Of a stretch of 63,150 nucleotides of DNA, positions 18,277 through 28,163 are shown piece after piece (within the stretch, counting starts at the first letter, position 1; each line of letters starts with the position of its first letter). This stretch comes from an uncultured virus (IMG/VR IMGVR_UViG_3300010885_074529) (taxonomy: Duplodnaviria > Heunggongvirae > Uroviricota > Caudoviricetes). The stretch is from the IMG/VR virus record IMGVR_UViG_3300010885_074529, one strand, 5' to 3'. The position numbers and the translations under genes are program-made. Under the pieces are notes generated by a model that made no database searches, was not told where the DNA came from, and was given only the letters and a program-made list of their open reading frames with translations.

Positions 18277-20118
18277 TTATTTGACGTCTCTGGGCATAAC
18301 TGCACCCTTAACGTAAGGGTTATTTAGATTTGGCCAAGTATCATTTGACTGATTCTGTGCCAATTCATCACCATCATCGACAACTGATTTCTCTTTCATT
18401 TTGTAATCACTTGCCTTTGGTACATAGGGATTATCTAGTGATGGCCAGATATCATTTCCGCCAAGATTGCTCCATCCATTGCTTTGCATTTCATCATCTA
18501 GATCACCGTTGTAGCTTTTACCGTCACTAACAGGGGCAGCACTTTTCCAATCACCGTTGTGAACAGAAGGGGTACCGTCTACTTTAGCCATTTTGCTTAC
18601 ATATGGATGATCTCCATATACTGTGTGGTGAGGAGTTGTAACAACATCCCAATCGTTTGAAGCTCCGTCGATATTAGCTTCTAGGAAATAGGAGATATAA
18701 TCAGCAACTTCTTCTGCTAGTTCTAGGTCCATCTTGCTTTCTTTGTTTAGTACAGCAGCACACTGTTCTAAAAGATCTTCGGTTTCTCTTACGGTTTCAG
18801 AATCTTCTGCTTCTACAGCAATTTCACGAACTTCACGTAGAGCGTTGAAAAGATCAACGAACACTTGTAGTTCTTTTGATTCTGATTCATCAAGCGTTAC
18901 GTAGAATTGTTCGACTACTTTCTTGAAGCTACCGTATGCATCTTCACATTCTCTGCACTCTGCGGTGATGTCATCTTCTACACCGGCTAGTACAGCTATT
19001 TTCTTTACACGATCTGTGTATGCGTTATGAGCGGTTCTTAGAATAGCTTCGGCCATAAAAGAGCATATTTCATCGTCATAATTCTTGATAGCAGCAGATT
19101 CTAAAGCGTGAGAAATCTGTGTTGCCAACTCTTCTTCGGTAACGTAGATTAGATCTGGCCAACGGGTGACAATAGCTTCTAGAGTTGTTTCGAGCGAGCT
19201 GTTGTCGGAGATATTGTTATATCTTTTTAGATCTGCCATTGCTTTAACGAAGTTATTGTCTTCTTTAACATTCTTCATCTTGCTACGAACTACTTTGACT
19301 TCATGGTCTAGTGTGTCCCAATTGAAAGAAAGCACTTTGCCTTCATTCCTTTTTAGGGCGGTTGGAACTGCAATGGCGTTTATTTCGCCATTATTATCTT
19401 GTCTTACAAATGACTCATTCATTGCTGGGCCGAAGTTTTTGTAATTAATGTAATTGATTACATTTTCAACAAGATTGTTCCATTCTTTCATGTGGCTCTT
19501 CTTGATTTTTCTTGCATAAACACGTGCACGTGGGTTGCTTGATCCGCCCAATCTCTTTCTCGCTCTTGCTCTTTCTCTTGCGAGTTGTTTCTTTTGGCTT
19601 GGAGACATACGGGCCAAGGTCTTCAGTCTTGATCTAACTCCCTTTGCGACAGCGGATCGATTACGATGCTTGCGCCATTGGGATCCATGTCTACCAGTTG
19701 GTCTAGAGCTTGTTACTTTCCAAGTCGCTTCATTTAAGCTACGTTTTACAGATGGCGAGCTCATATATTGTTCGAACTGGTGAGCGGCGGTCGCATCTTT
19801 ATTGTCTATGATTGAATCAACCATTTTTGAAATGATTGAACGATTGCTATTTTTTTCGCTCTCTTGGTCTATTACTAGTTGTTCGATGTTTTCAAGAATG
19901 ATACTATCATCCTTAATTGTATAGGTAGCGTGAATATAAGTTCCGTCTGGGGTTTCGTATGTTACTTCTGACTCGCCAAAAGTGAACAACTCAAGACCTT
20001 CTACGCCCAATGCTTCGGCCAAAACATCTTGAGCCTCAATTAATTCTTTCTGAGCATTTGTGAGTGATTGTTCTTCTATTTTTTTGAACACATCAAAACT
20101 AATTAGTTTTCTTTTCAT
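18277..20118 (-). CDS. putative prohead core protein (gp67/gp68 position)
   Basis: Upstream of gp21; Arg-rich block MSPSQKKQLARERARARKR; repeated WP.L.NPYV at the C-terminus. Confidence 0.6.
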   Translation of the reverse strand: MKRKLISFDVFKKIEEQSLTNAQKELIEAQDVLAEALGVEGLELFTFGESEVTYETPDGTYIHATYTIKDDSIILENIEQLVIDQESEKNSNRSIISKMVDSIIDNKDATAAHQFEQYMSSPSVKRSLNEATWKVTSSRPTGRHGSQWRKHRNRSAVAKGVRSRLKTLARMSPSQKKQLARERARARKRLGGSSNPRARVYARKIKKSHMKEWNNLVENVINYINYKNFGPAMNESFVRQDNNGEINAIAVPTALKRNEGKVLSFNWDTLDHEVKVVRSKMKNVKEDNNFVKAMADLKRYNNISDNSSLETTLEAIVTRWPDLIYVTEEELATQISHALESAAIKNYDDEICSFMAEAILRTAHNAYTDRVKKIAVLAGVEDDITAECRECEDAYGSFKKVVEQFYVTLDESESKELQVFVDLFNALREVREIAVEAEDSETVRETEDLLEQCAAVLNKESKMDLELAEEVADYISYFLEANIDGASNDWDVVTTPHHTVYGDHPYVSKMAKVDGTPSVHNGDWKSAAPVSDGKSYNGDLDDEMQSNGWSNLGGNDIWPSLDNPYVPKASDYKMKEKSVVDDGDELAQNQSNDTWPNLNNPYVKGAVMPRDVK

Positions 20119-20266
20119 AGGTCAATTGACTCCCTGTGTATTGGTTTCCTAAAATCCTGATGAGTTATATATAAATTCTAGGTTAAATTTTTTTCAATAA
20201 CTCAATTATTTTATTATCGTCTGATATATAGGTATGCATCACCATTCAAAATTTAGGAGAGTTAAG

Positions 20267-20854
20267 ATGAGAAAATTTGTAGAATATGTAAAGCTGCGGG
20301 AAATGTCCGCTATGAATATGGGAAAAGATATATTTGGCGGGGCAAATAATGTAAGCCTAGATGCGAATTCTGAAGCTGCTGTAGACACGGCCCTTCAAGC
20401 TTTTTTGCTTATATTGGGAGCTAAAGGAAGTCAAACTATCGGCATGTTAAAGAGTATTGTGCAGAGTGTTCCAGAAGTTAAAGATCAAGTGGAACAAATG
20501 TTATCTCAACATGATTTTGATAGTTTGAAAGATCTAGGTGTTGCTGCTAGTAGAGCTGCCAAGAGAATTTCATCTAATTCGTCTAAGGGGTTAGGAGATG
20601 TTTCTAGTGGTGATGCCTCTATGGGCAACGCCGGTTCTCCTCAGCAGCCATCTAATGCGATGGTTCCTAATGCTGCTGATTCTTACAAAGGCGAAGCTTA
20701 TTTGATTGAAACAAAAGCTATTTGCAGTAGATGTGGAGCAGAAGCAAGAGCTTCAATATATGATATTAATGCTGGCAAAGCTAAGTGCCGTGAATGTGGC
20801 GGGTTTTTGAACAAGTCAGACAAGCCAGAGAAGAAGAGAAAATCTAGAGATTGA
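20267..20854 (+). CDS. CTS-leader protein with C-terminal zinc ribbon
   Basis: AGGAG RBS; MRKFVEYVKLRE; CSRC...CREC. Confidence 0.65.
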   Translation: MRKFVEYVKLREMSAMNMGKDIFGGANNVSLDANSEAAVDTALQAFLLILGAKGSQTIGMLKSIVQSVPEVKDQVEQMLSQHDFDSLKDLGVAASRAAKRISSNSSKGLGDVSSGDASMGNAGSPQQPSNAMVPNAADSYKGEAYLIETKAICSRCGAEARASIYDINAGKAKCRECGGFLNKSDKPEKKRKSRD

Positions 20855-21086
20855 ACCAACATTTTTTTGCTTTAATCAAGATATTTTCATCTAGAACAAA
20901 CCCACATTTGTCTCCTACTAAACAGTCTGCGAGGCAATGTGGGCATATTCCAGTTTCGTTATTATCTGTATATTCTGTTACTTCTTTGGGATCGAATATT
21001 TTACAACAATGATAACATCCTACTGAGGAGGATTGTTTTATAATATTCTTATTCTTCATTGATATTTTAGGAAACAAATTGATCAT
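20844..21086 (-). CDS. small Cys-rich zinc-finger protein
   Basis: GCYHC...ICPHC; coupled to the portal stop. Confidence 0.65.
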   Translation of the reverse strand: MINLFPKISMKNKNIIKQSSSVGCYHCCKIFDPKEVTEYTDNNETGICPHCLADCLVGDKCGFVLDENILIKAKKCWFNL

Positions 21087-24000
21087 TCATCACCTACGCT
21101 ATAATCTATATCTTCTAGATCTTGTTCTGCTTCATATCCTTGTAGTTCTAGATCGTACTTCTTAATATCTTCTTCAGAAGGATCTTCTAGACTAGTTGGT
21201 TCGGCAGGTTGTTCACCGGTTTCAGGTGGTGGTTGTTCGCCTGTGGGCTCTTGTGGAGCTTGAGGGCCCTCAAGATTAGCTTGTTCTGCGTCTTCTGGTT
21301 GTGGCATTGCGTTGGGGCCACCTGCTTGTGTTCCTAGTTCTGGATTTGATTGTTCTTGACCTGGAATTCCCACTCCTAGAAGTTGTGGATTCTGTGCCAT
21401 TACTTGTAGTTTGAGATCTTCTAGTTTTTGAATTTTCAATCTTGCGAGCATTTCTTCTGTTTCGTTTTCGCCATATTTCAAAATTCTCGTCATTATGTCA
21501 TAATCAGACATAAGAACGCTACTTTTCAATGTTCCTGCATTGCCATATCTTGCTGATGTGACTTCCGCTCTTGATAGTTCTCTCCAGTCGGATGGAGGAG
21601 TCATCTTTATTTTTAAATCTTGATAAGATTTTTCTGGGAACCCTCGTAGCTGCAAGTGTCTTTCTGCCAGTTCTAATATTCCGTCTTCGAAGTTGCTTTG
21701 CAATCTTTCGATCATTCTTGCGAATTTAACATCTTGTGAGCTTAATGTTATTCTGGTTGAATTGGGGTCTTCGTTATTGAAATAATTTTTAGGAAAGTTT
21801 AATGCTGTTAGTAGTTTGTTTCTGAAATAGATAGCATCATCTATTTCGCCAAGATTTTCTGCCCCTGGTAGTGTTTCTATTCTTGTGTTGCTATTTGGTC
21901 TAGTTGGCAACCAGTAATCTTCATCTTGTGCGGGTGGTTGCCATCTTTCTTCAACTTGATTTGCACCTGGTGTATTTCCTCTATTGCTTGTTACTTTTCT
22001 TTTTCTGAACTGATCTTTAATTCGATCCAAGAATGCTTCTGCTTTAAATGGAGGAAGTTGACCAACGTCAATGTAGAAAACACGCCTCTCAGGAGCGCGA
22101 GTGTTGTGAACGATTATGCCGTTTGCCACAAAATTATGCATTTCGTTATCAACTGTTAAGTCGTAAACTTCTTCTTGTCCTGCATATTCTACTGCTATTA
22201 CATTTTCATATTTTGGAAGCTCTTTATTAGAAACTGTGACCGACCAACATTCGGTTGGTGGCATCTTTCTTCCTTTTTCAATTTCGTGACCACCCTTACG
22301 CTTTCTGTTAACAATTTTTCCTGAGCAGAGTCCGATTGAGGACCATAGTTCCTTTGTGTCTTCTACAAGGTTTTTATTGCATAATTCTATAGTCGAGAAC
22401 CAAGTTCCGGCTTTGGTGCGTCTTTTGCAACCATCAGCATTTGATAGTCCTTCTACAAAAGCTCTTCTTATTTTCTTGGACGCATTAAACACCCAGCTTG
22501 GGATTCTTTTGTTTTTAACTCCTTTGATATAGCCCATTGACAATAAAATTTTACAAGCAACAGTTGAGTCGACGACATAGTTGCCTAAATTCTTGTTGTT
22601 GCTTCTTTTTTCTCTTTCGAATCTAACTTTGCCGAAATATTTTTCAAGTATATTTTTATAAAATACATTTTGTTTTTCATCTAAGCCTGCAGAAAAAGTT
22701 AATTGGTAGTTATTTTTCCTTATAGATCCATCGCCTATTAAGAAGCCAAATAATTTAGCAAATTCTTCATCTACAAACTTCGGCAGCATTATTCTTTCGG
22801 AATTTGCTTGTCCTTTATTGGTTGTTACAAGTTTGTTTTTCTCTAAACCAAAAACATCACATATCTTTTTAGCTTGATCAGCAGGCAGGGCCTTACCTTC
22901 GGTATAAAGAAACTGTCTTATTCTATTTATATCTCCGCATTTTCTCATCAATGCAGATTTATTTTTATAAATTGTATTTCTGAAGGCGGTTCTTTGAGAG
23001 ACATCAAGTTTGGCCCATGTCTCTCCAAGTATATTTGGTATCTCCGTTTCAGACTCCTCATCTTTAGTTATATTTATGATTTTGTCTTTACCAACGATTA
23101 AGTCTTGAATATCGACATACTGGATGATTCCTTCTCGATTTACAAGTATGGGGTGCGTAGCAGTTCCTGTTATTTGTACATGTTTGCTACGAACCGTGTA
23201 GACATCTTTCATGCCATTATTTACAAAATTAATCACTTTGGCTCTTAGTGTTTCGCCTATTGAATTATAAGAATAAACAAAATCGTCATTTTTAATATTC
23301 TTGATATACGCATATCCATCTGGAGTTCTGATTCTTGTGTCTCCAACCAAGCAGAGCCTATAAATCACCATTGCATCTTCTAAAAGTCTTAGATTATGTG
23401 CGGGTCCTCTTGCTGGTTCTATTAGTGATTGTCCGTATGGAAAAAATGTTTTTCTATCATCTCCGATTTTGAAATGTATTATTTGATTAGTAGCAAAACG
23501 TATTGCTGTTGTGTGATTTAGTTCTGTATTGTTTAGGTCGTCTACTGGGCCTCTGATTATTGCTTGATAATCTGGTCCTTCTTTTGCTTGTTGATATTCT
23601 ATTGTTCTACCTTTGACAGTTTCTATTCTATACATAGTTTCTGGTGGTAGTGGCACTGCTTTGTATATTCCTTCTTTGGGGTTATCTGGATTGATTACTG
23701 TTTCTACGAAGTGATCTCCCATAATACACAAACTTTTGAACCAGCTCCATCCTGCTCTGTTGAGGTTGAGCATTTTGCGATGTAGCAGTACGAACTCTAT
23801 TTCTTTTTTAATATCTTCGTTGTTAGTTAATACTTTTAATATATTTCCTGTTTCATCTTTTTGACAATTATGAACTATGATGCTATCTGTTGCGAAGCAT
23901 GCGTGTTTTTCAACAGACATATCGTACACAGGTTGTTCTTCATCATTGTGATGAATGTTTAATATTGTTCTTTTATCTTCTAGTTTGAATAATTCTTTTG

Positions 24001-24856
24001 TTTCTTTATGTGTAAATCCTTGTCTGTTCATCCATTTTTCTAGGGTGTGCCAGTCTACATCCATATGTTCTTCTATTTTCACGACAGGAATTCCGGCTCC
24101 TATCATTTTCATTGCTTTATTTATTGCGGCATTTTTTGGGTCAACTTTTCCGGTCTTCCAATCATCGACAAATTGTCTTTCGTGTATCCATCCTTTGTTG
24201 AGTGTAAAAATTCTTGGATATTGTTTTTGAGTTAATTTTGTAAGACGAAAATTTGCTGGCTTTCTGTAGAACGGCATAAGCTCATCGTTCATTTTTAGTT
24301 TTCCAGCTTCGCACCAGCTACCGTCTCTTTTTAATATTCTATGGTCGTGCGTACATGTTATTGTTGATCCGTTATCAAAAACTATTGTTAATGTTTTTGC
24401 ATCTTTTACATATCTGGGTGCGTATGCCCAGCCTAAAGTGTAGTCTCTTTTTTCAAAATCATAACAATATGCGAGGAATCTTTCATCCCCTTTTGTCTCA
24501 ACTAATTCTTTTATACTGATTGGTCCGAATGGAGTAGATATTCTTGTATCGCCTGAGACGCATGCTTCGTCTGAGAATACTGTCATTGCCATTTCTATTT
24601 CTGGGACATTTCTTAATCTTTCGTACTCTTTATATCTCATCGCTCGATTGGTGAGAGTAGTAGTATCGATCATATCTGTAGTTTGTCGGAAGTTCGACAT
24701 ACCAGAATTTGGCCCGCCGCCAGTAAAATCGACTCCTAGAGCTTCCGGTTGAGCTATACCTGCTCCTTGGAACTGTCTGTAGTCTTTTTGTTTAGATAAT
24801 GGGTCTTGCTCACCAGCGTATGTGAACAATTTAAAAAAGTCGCTCCATATAGGCAT
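21083..24856 (-). CDS. gp20: portal protein (T4 gp20-like) with two inteins; about 608 aa after splicing
   Basis: LEDAMVIYRL|TRAPERRVFYIDVGQLP, EDYWLP, IETLPGAENLGEIDD.IYF. Confidence 0.95.
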   Translation of the reverse strand: MPIWSDFFKLFTYAGEQDPLSKQKDYRQFQGAGIAQPEALGVDFTGGGPNSGMSNFRQTTDMIDTTTLTNRAMRYKEYERLRNVPEIEMAMTVFSDEACVSGDTRISTPFGPISIKELVETKGDERFLAYCYDFEKRDYTLGWAYAPRYVKDAKTLTIVFDNGSTITCTHDHRILKRDGSWCEAGKLKMNDELMPFYRKPANFRLTKLTQKQYPRIFTLNKGWIHERQFVDDWKTGKVDPKNAAINKAMKMIGAGIPVVKIEEHMDVDWHTLEKWMNRQGFTHKETKELFKLEDKRTILNIHHNDEEQPVYDMSVEKHACFATDSIIVHNCQKDETGNILKVLTNNEDIKKEIEFVLLHRKMLNLNRAGWSWFKSLCIMGDHFVETVINPDNPKEGIYKAVPLPPETMYRIETVKGRTIEYQQAKEGPDYQAIIRGPVDDLNNTELNHTTAIRFATNQIIHFKIGDDRKTFFPYGQSLIEPARGPAHNLRLLEDAMVIYRLCLVGDTRIRTPDGYAYIKNIKNDDFVYSYNSIGETLRAKVINFVNNGMKDVYTVRSKHVQITGTATHPILVNREGIIQYVDIQDLIVGKDKIINITKDEESETEIPNILGETWAKLDVSQRTAFRNTIYKNKSALMRKCGDINRIRQFLYTEGKALPADQAKKICDVFGLEKNKLVTTNKGQANSERIMLPKFVDEEFAKLFGFLIGDGSIRKNNYQLTFSAGLDEKQNVFYKNILEKYFGKVRFEREKRSNNKNLGNYVVDSTVACKILLSMGYIKGVKNKRIPSWVFNASKKIRRAFVEGLSNADGCKRRTKAGTWFSTIELCNKNLVEDTKELWSSIGLCSGKIVNRKRKGGHEIEKGRKMPPTECWSVTVSNKELPKYENVIAVEYAGQEEVYDLTVDNEMHNFVANGIIVHNTRAPERRVFYIDVGQLPPFKAEAFLDRIKDQFRKRKVTSNRGNTPGANQVEERWQPPAQDEDYWLPTRPNSNTRIETLPGAENLGEIDDAIYFRNKLLTALNFPKNYFNNEDPNSTRITLSSQDVKFARMIERLQSNFEDGILELAERHLQLRGFPEKSYQDLKIKMTPPSDWRELSRAEVTSARYGNAGTLKSSVLMSDYDIMTRILKYGENETEEMLARLKIQKLEDLKLQVMAQNPQLLGVGIPGQEQSNPELGTQAGGPNAMPQPEDAEQANLEGPQAPQEPTGEQPPPETGEQPAEPTSLEDPSEEDIKKYDLELQGYEAEQDLEDIDYSVGDE
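22103..23353 (-). mobile_element. intein 2 (417 aa) with LAGLIDADG homing endonuclease
   Basis: CLVGDT, TATHP, FGFLIGDGS and FVEGLSNADG motifs, VYDLTV...IIVHN followed by T+1. Confidence 0.92.
23867..24562 (-). mobile_element. intein 1 (232 aa, no LAGLIDADG domain)
   Basis: C1 CVSGDT, block B TCTHDH, terminal VYDMSV...IIVHN followed by C+1. Confidence 0.9.
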
Positions 24857-24926
24857 TTTTTGTCTCTTTTATTCTCTTTTAAATTTTAATTTCTATATCT
24901 ATAGTAGATAAGTCGGCAGAATTTTC

Positions 24927-25541
24927 ATGAAAAAAATAACTTTAATAAATAGTCATTGTTATTCAGGTTCATCTGTTTTGTATGATGCTATGTGTGAGTG
25001 TTCTAATATTCAGGGTTATAAATCCAAAGATTTAGATAATAATTATTTCAGTAATATTAGTCTTTTAAATTTAACAAAAAAAGATCATAAAAAAAGAAAT
25101 AGGTCCGCTCTTTATTTAGACGAGATTCTTTATAATTATTCTTTATCTACTAAGTTAGACTTTTCAAATTGTTTTTTTATAATTGTTATTAAACGTCCAG
25201 AAGGTGTTTTGCGTAGAATGATTTTAAACAATAAGTTAAAGCCTACATTTGCTGTTAGGCACTACACTTATAGGTTGAGACGTTTGTGTGAGATGACGAA
25301 GTGTTGTTCTAATTACGTTTTATTGACATTCGAAGACTTAAAAAACAATATTGGAACTGAATATATATCAAATTATTTAAAGCTGAAAGAAACAATAACT
25401 CTCGAAAAAGAATCTTTAGATTTTTTGGATAAAGAATTAGATGTAAAATCGCTTAAATACGAGCATATAAAAGAAGCGGAAAGCTCTTATGAAAGATATT
25501 TTTATTTTTTAAAGCAACAAAAGAATCTAGTCAATTTTTAA
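24927..25541 (+). CDS. sulfotransferase-like P-loop protein (divergent)
   Basis: SHCYSGSS.L start, IIVIKRP, LTFEDL pattern. Confidence 0.45.
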   Translation: MKKITLINSHCYSGSSVLYDAMCECSNIQGYKSKDLDNNYFSNISLLNLTKKDHKKRNRSALYLDEILYNYSLSTKLDFSNCFFIIVIKRPEGVLRRMILNNKLKPTFAVRHYTYRLRRLCEMTKCCSNYVLLTFEDLKNNIGTEYISNYLKLKETITLEKESLDFLDKELDVKSLKYEHIKEAESSYERYFYFLKQQKNLVNF

Positions 25542-26559
25542 TTATTTTTAAAATAGACTTTTGGTGGCTATAGTATTTGTTTTCTATTCCAAGATTCTCT
25601 TCATCTTCGATTTGGTCATCGAATCCTGCTTTTATTTCAACAAGTGGTGCTTCTTGTAGGAAAACTTTGAATGCTTTCCATGTCTTTTCAAATTCTTTAT
25701 TGATTTGTTCTGGCTTGGGTCTTATTTGGTTTACCCCGAATTCTACAATAAGTGAAAAGGCTCCATTTCTATAGTACCAATCTAGTTCTGTTCCTTTGAT
25801 GGGTCGCAAATAGAAGTTGCAGCATTGTTCATATTTATAATCAGATAAGTCTGACATCTTTTTGATTATATTGTCATAATCGGATTGGTTTGGGCATTTC
25901 TTTCTATTATCTGCGTATGGGATTTGGTAAGTTCTTCCATAAGCGTGTCCAGATAGTACTGCATCGGGCTTTATTCTGTAAAAGAATTCTTGTATTTCTT
26001 GGACAGATTTAGACACGGATTTATTTTTACTTTTTGGACTAGGAAAGTCTCTATTTGGATCTACTTTATCGACCATTCTTTTTGTTGGGTAGCTATCTGG
26101 GGATAATACTGGTACGAAGTAGATATCTCTATTTTCTAGCAATTCTTTAACTTCTAGATTAGTTTTTTGTTCATGTAGAAGATTTCCTATATAGGCCATT
26201 ACACAGCCTGTTGATAATGATTCATCTCCGTGGATACATCCAGTAACAAGCACTTTTGGACATTCTTTTTTAAGATCTCCAGAAATCCTTATGTAGTAAA
26301 GGTCTTTGTTTTGAGATGTCTTTCCGTAAACGCCTATTTCTGTAACTTCTGGTGCTTCATTGTTCCAGAGTTTTAGTTGTTCGATTATTTGAGGATAATC
26401 TAGATGTGCTGGAGTTTTGACAGATATATTTTTTTCTATCTTTTTTATTTCTGGTTTTTCTTTATGTTCTTTATCAAAATGAACATATCCAGTTTGCATT
26501 CCTAGGAACACAGCAAAGCATACATTTAGAATAAGCAGTAATTTTGTTAAATTTTTCAT
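25531..26559 (-). CDS. M14 zinc carboxypeptidase, membrane-anchored or secreted
   Basis: IHGDE, DPNRDFP, LSGHAYG, IVEFG; N-terminal hydrophobic helix. Confidence 0.88.
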   Translation of the reverse strand: MKNLTKLLLILNVCFAVFLGMQTGYVHFDKEHKEKPEIKKIEKNISVKTPAHLDYPQIIEQLKLWNNEAPEVTEIGVYGKTSQNKDLYYIRISGDLKKECPKVLVTGCIHGDESLSTGCVMAYIGNLLHEQKTNLEVKELLENRDIYFVPVLSPDSYPTKRMVDKVDPNRDFPSPKSKNKSVSKSVQEIQEFFYRIKPDAVLSGHAYGRTYQIPYADNRKKCPNQSDYDNIIKKMSDLSDYKYEQCCNFYLRPIKGTELDWYYRNGAFSLIVEFGVNQIRPKPEQINKEFEKTWKAFKVFLQEAPLVEIKAGFDDQIEDEENLGIENKYYSHQKSILKIIKN

Positions 26560-26632
26560 AGCCCTCCTTGGACATTTAAATTAAAATCTTCAATATATAT
26601 ATTGATATAAAAAATATTTTTGGATTCCATTT

Positions 26633-26875
26633 ATGCAAAATTTTAAAAATTGGTTGACTAAACTTGAATACTATGGTGGGTCTGCCAACAATCCTTCTGG
26701 AGTTGAGGATGAGGGCGATGGTGGCGATGGTGTTAAGAATAAACTTGAGAGACCGGGTGCTTTTCCGACTTATGGTGGCGACGATCTACCGATAACGTCT
26801 AAAAACAAAAAGAGGAAAGAAGATTTTCCTCTTTCCTCTAAGAGAAGTATTTACAGGGGAAAAGATTCAAAATAA
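26633..26875 (+). CDS. small CTS-leader protein (MQNFKNWLTKLE)
   Basis: Leader motif; ATATATATA upstream. Confidence 0.6.
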   Translation: MQNFKNWLTKLEYYGGSANNPSGVEDEGDGGDGVKNKLERPGAFPTYGGDDLPITSKNKKRKEDFPLSSKRSIYRGKDSK

Positions 26876-27550
26876 TATTGGTTGCAATATATAATCTTTT
26901 TTATAATCCCCTTGCTCTTTATTTCTATCAATTATTGGTATTGGATATGATTTAGTGTATTTTTTAGGCACAATATCTTTATCTGCATAGATCACACAGA
27001 TCCATCCAGCCCATCTTTGATTGAATTCTTTCATTGTCCATGTTCTTATTTTCAAACTTTTATCGCTATTATTGATATATTTAACAATTCCTGCTACTTC
27101 ATCATAATGAATTAGGGTCATAGCGTGACCTGGTACATCAAATAAACATCCTCTTCGTTCTTTTACAACAGATTTTATTAATAAACTTCTATCTGATCTA
27201 CTTGTGGTTTGTTCGAATTTGATATTTAGTTTTCTAAGTTTTGATGCAAGAGACGTAGGGTTTGCGTAGCTTTTGCATTCGCTATCATTGGTTAGTCCTA
27301 TGAGTTTGGGCTCTTCTGCATACCGTCCTATGCACTCTGTGGAGGCCCATACGCATTGAATTCCTGTTTTATTATAAACTCTATCCTTCATAGGAATAGG
27401 GACCATTACGTTAGTAAGGTCTTCGTCTACATAGCCTTCATAGGCTGAGACTGGGTTTGCTGTATTTGTTGAAGGGTTATATACATCCTCTTTTGTAGGT
27501 TGTATATCTAGACAAAACAAAAATATAAAACAATATGTCAGCTTGTTCAT
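26867..27550 (-). CDS. papain-like (C39-like) cysteine peptidase with signal peptide
   Basis: QCVWAS (Cys), GHAM (His), YINN; AGGAGG RBS. Confidence 0.6.
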   Translation of the reverse strand: MNKLTYCFIFLFCLDIQPTKEDVYNPSTNTANPVSAYEGYVDEDLTNVMVPIPMKDRVYNKTGIQCVWASTECIGRYAEEPKLIGLTNDSECKSYANPTSLASKLRKLNIKFEQTTSRSDRSLLIKSVVKERRGCLFDVPGHAMTLIHYDEVAGIVKYINNSDKSLKIRTWTMKEFNQRWAGWICVIYADKDIVPKKYTKSYPIPIIDRNKEQGDYKKDYILQPILF

Positions 27551-27657
27551 GAACCTCCTTGTTCTGCTGATACATCTTTACATCCTGTAAAGGTGTGGTG
27601 TTTCCACCATAATTATATAGTATTTTTTTTGTTCATTTCAATTTAGATTATTACCAA

Positions 27658-27861
27658 TCAACTACTAATAGCGATTCTTCTAAAGGAATAGCCCAAGAAC
27701 TTAGGATTATCTTCTTCGAACTCAGTCTTGCTGACTATGACATATGGTCTGTGGGTGAGAAATTGAATTTTCCTTAGCAACGGATTGACCAAGAGTTTCA
27801 GCGGTGTTTTATGACACCAATTGTTTCCTTCGAGAACGTAGTATTTATCTTTATACGTCAT
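27658..27861 (-). CDS. hypothetical protein
   Basis: Translationally coupled ORF. Confidence 0.55.
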   Translation of the reverse strand: MTYKDKYYVLEGNNWCHKTPLKLLVNPLLRKIQFLTHRPYVIVSKTEFEEDNPKFLGYSFRRIAISS

Positions 27862-28163
27862 TCGGCTTCGGATTTCTCTTGTTTGTTATTTTGCTTCTGA
27901 TTCAACATCTGTTGTTTCAGCCGCTCTAAATCCTCTTGAGAGAGCGGACATCTTGGGCATTTTGTGATCGGCCCGGTGTCTTCGCCACGCCACTTTGTGC
28001 CGCAGCCGTTGCAAACCCTGATGATGCGTTGCGGGGCGGGTGGAGTTTTTGGATAAGGCTCTGTTGTTGGCCAAAACAAAACACAAAAGGCGATAACACA
28101 AAATAATCCAAACAAAAACACGGCTCGGTGCTCATTAAGCTTGTCTTGTTCCCATCCACTCAT
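27858..28163 (-). CDS. membrane-anchored zinc-ribbon protein
   Basis: TM helix, CNGC...CPRC. Confidence 0.6.
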   Translation of the reverse strand: MSGWEQDKLNEHRAVFLFGLFCVIAFCVLFWPTTEPYPKTPPAPQRIIRVCNGCGTKWRGEDTGPITKCPRCPLSQEDLERLKQQMLNQKQNNKQEKSEAE

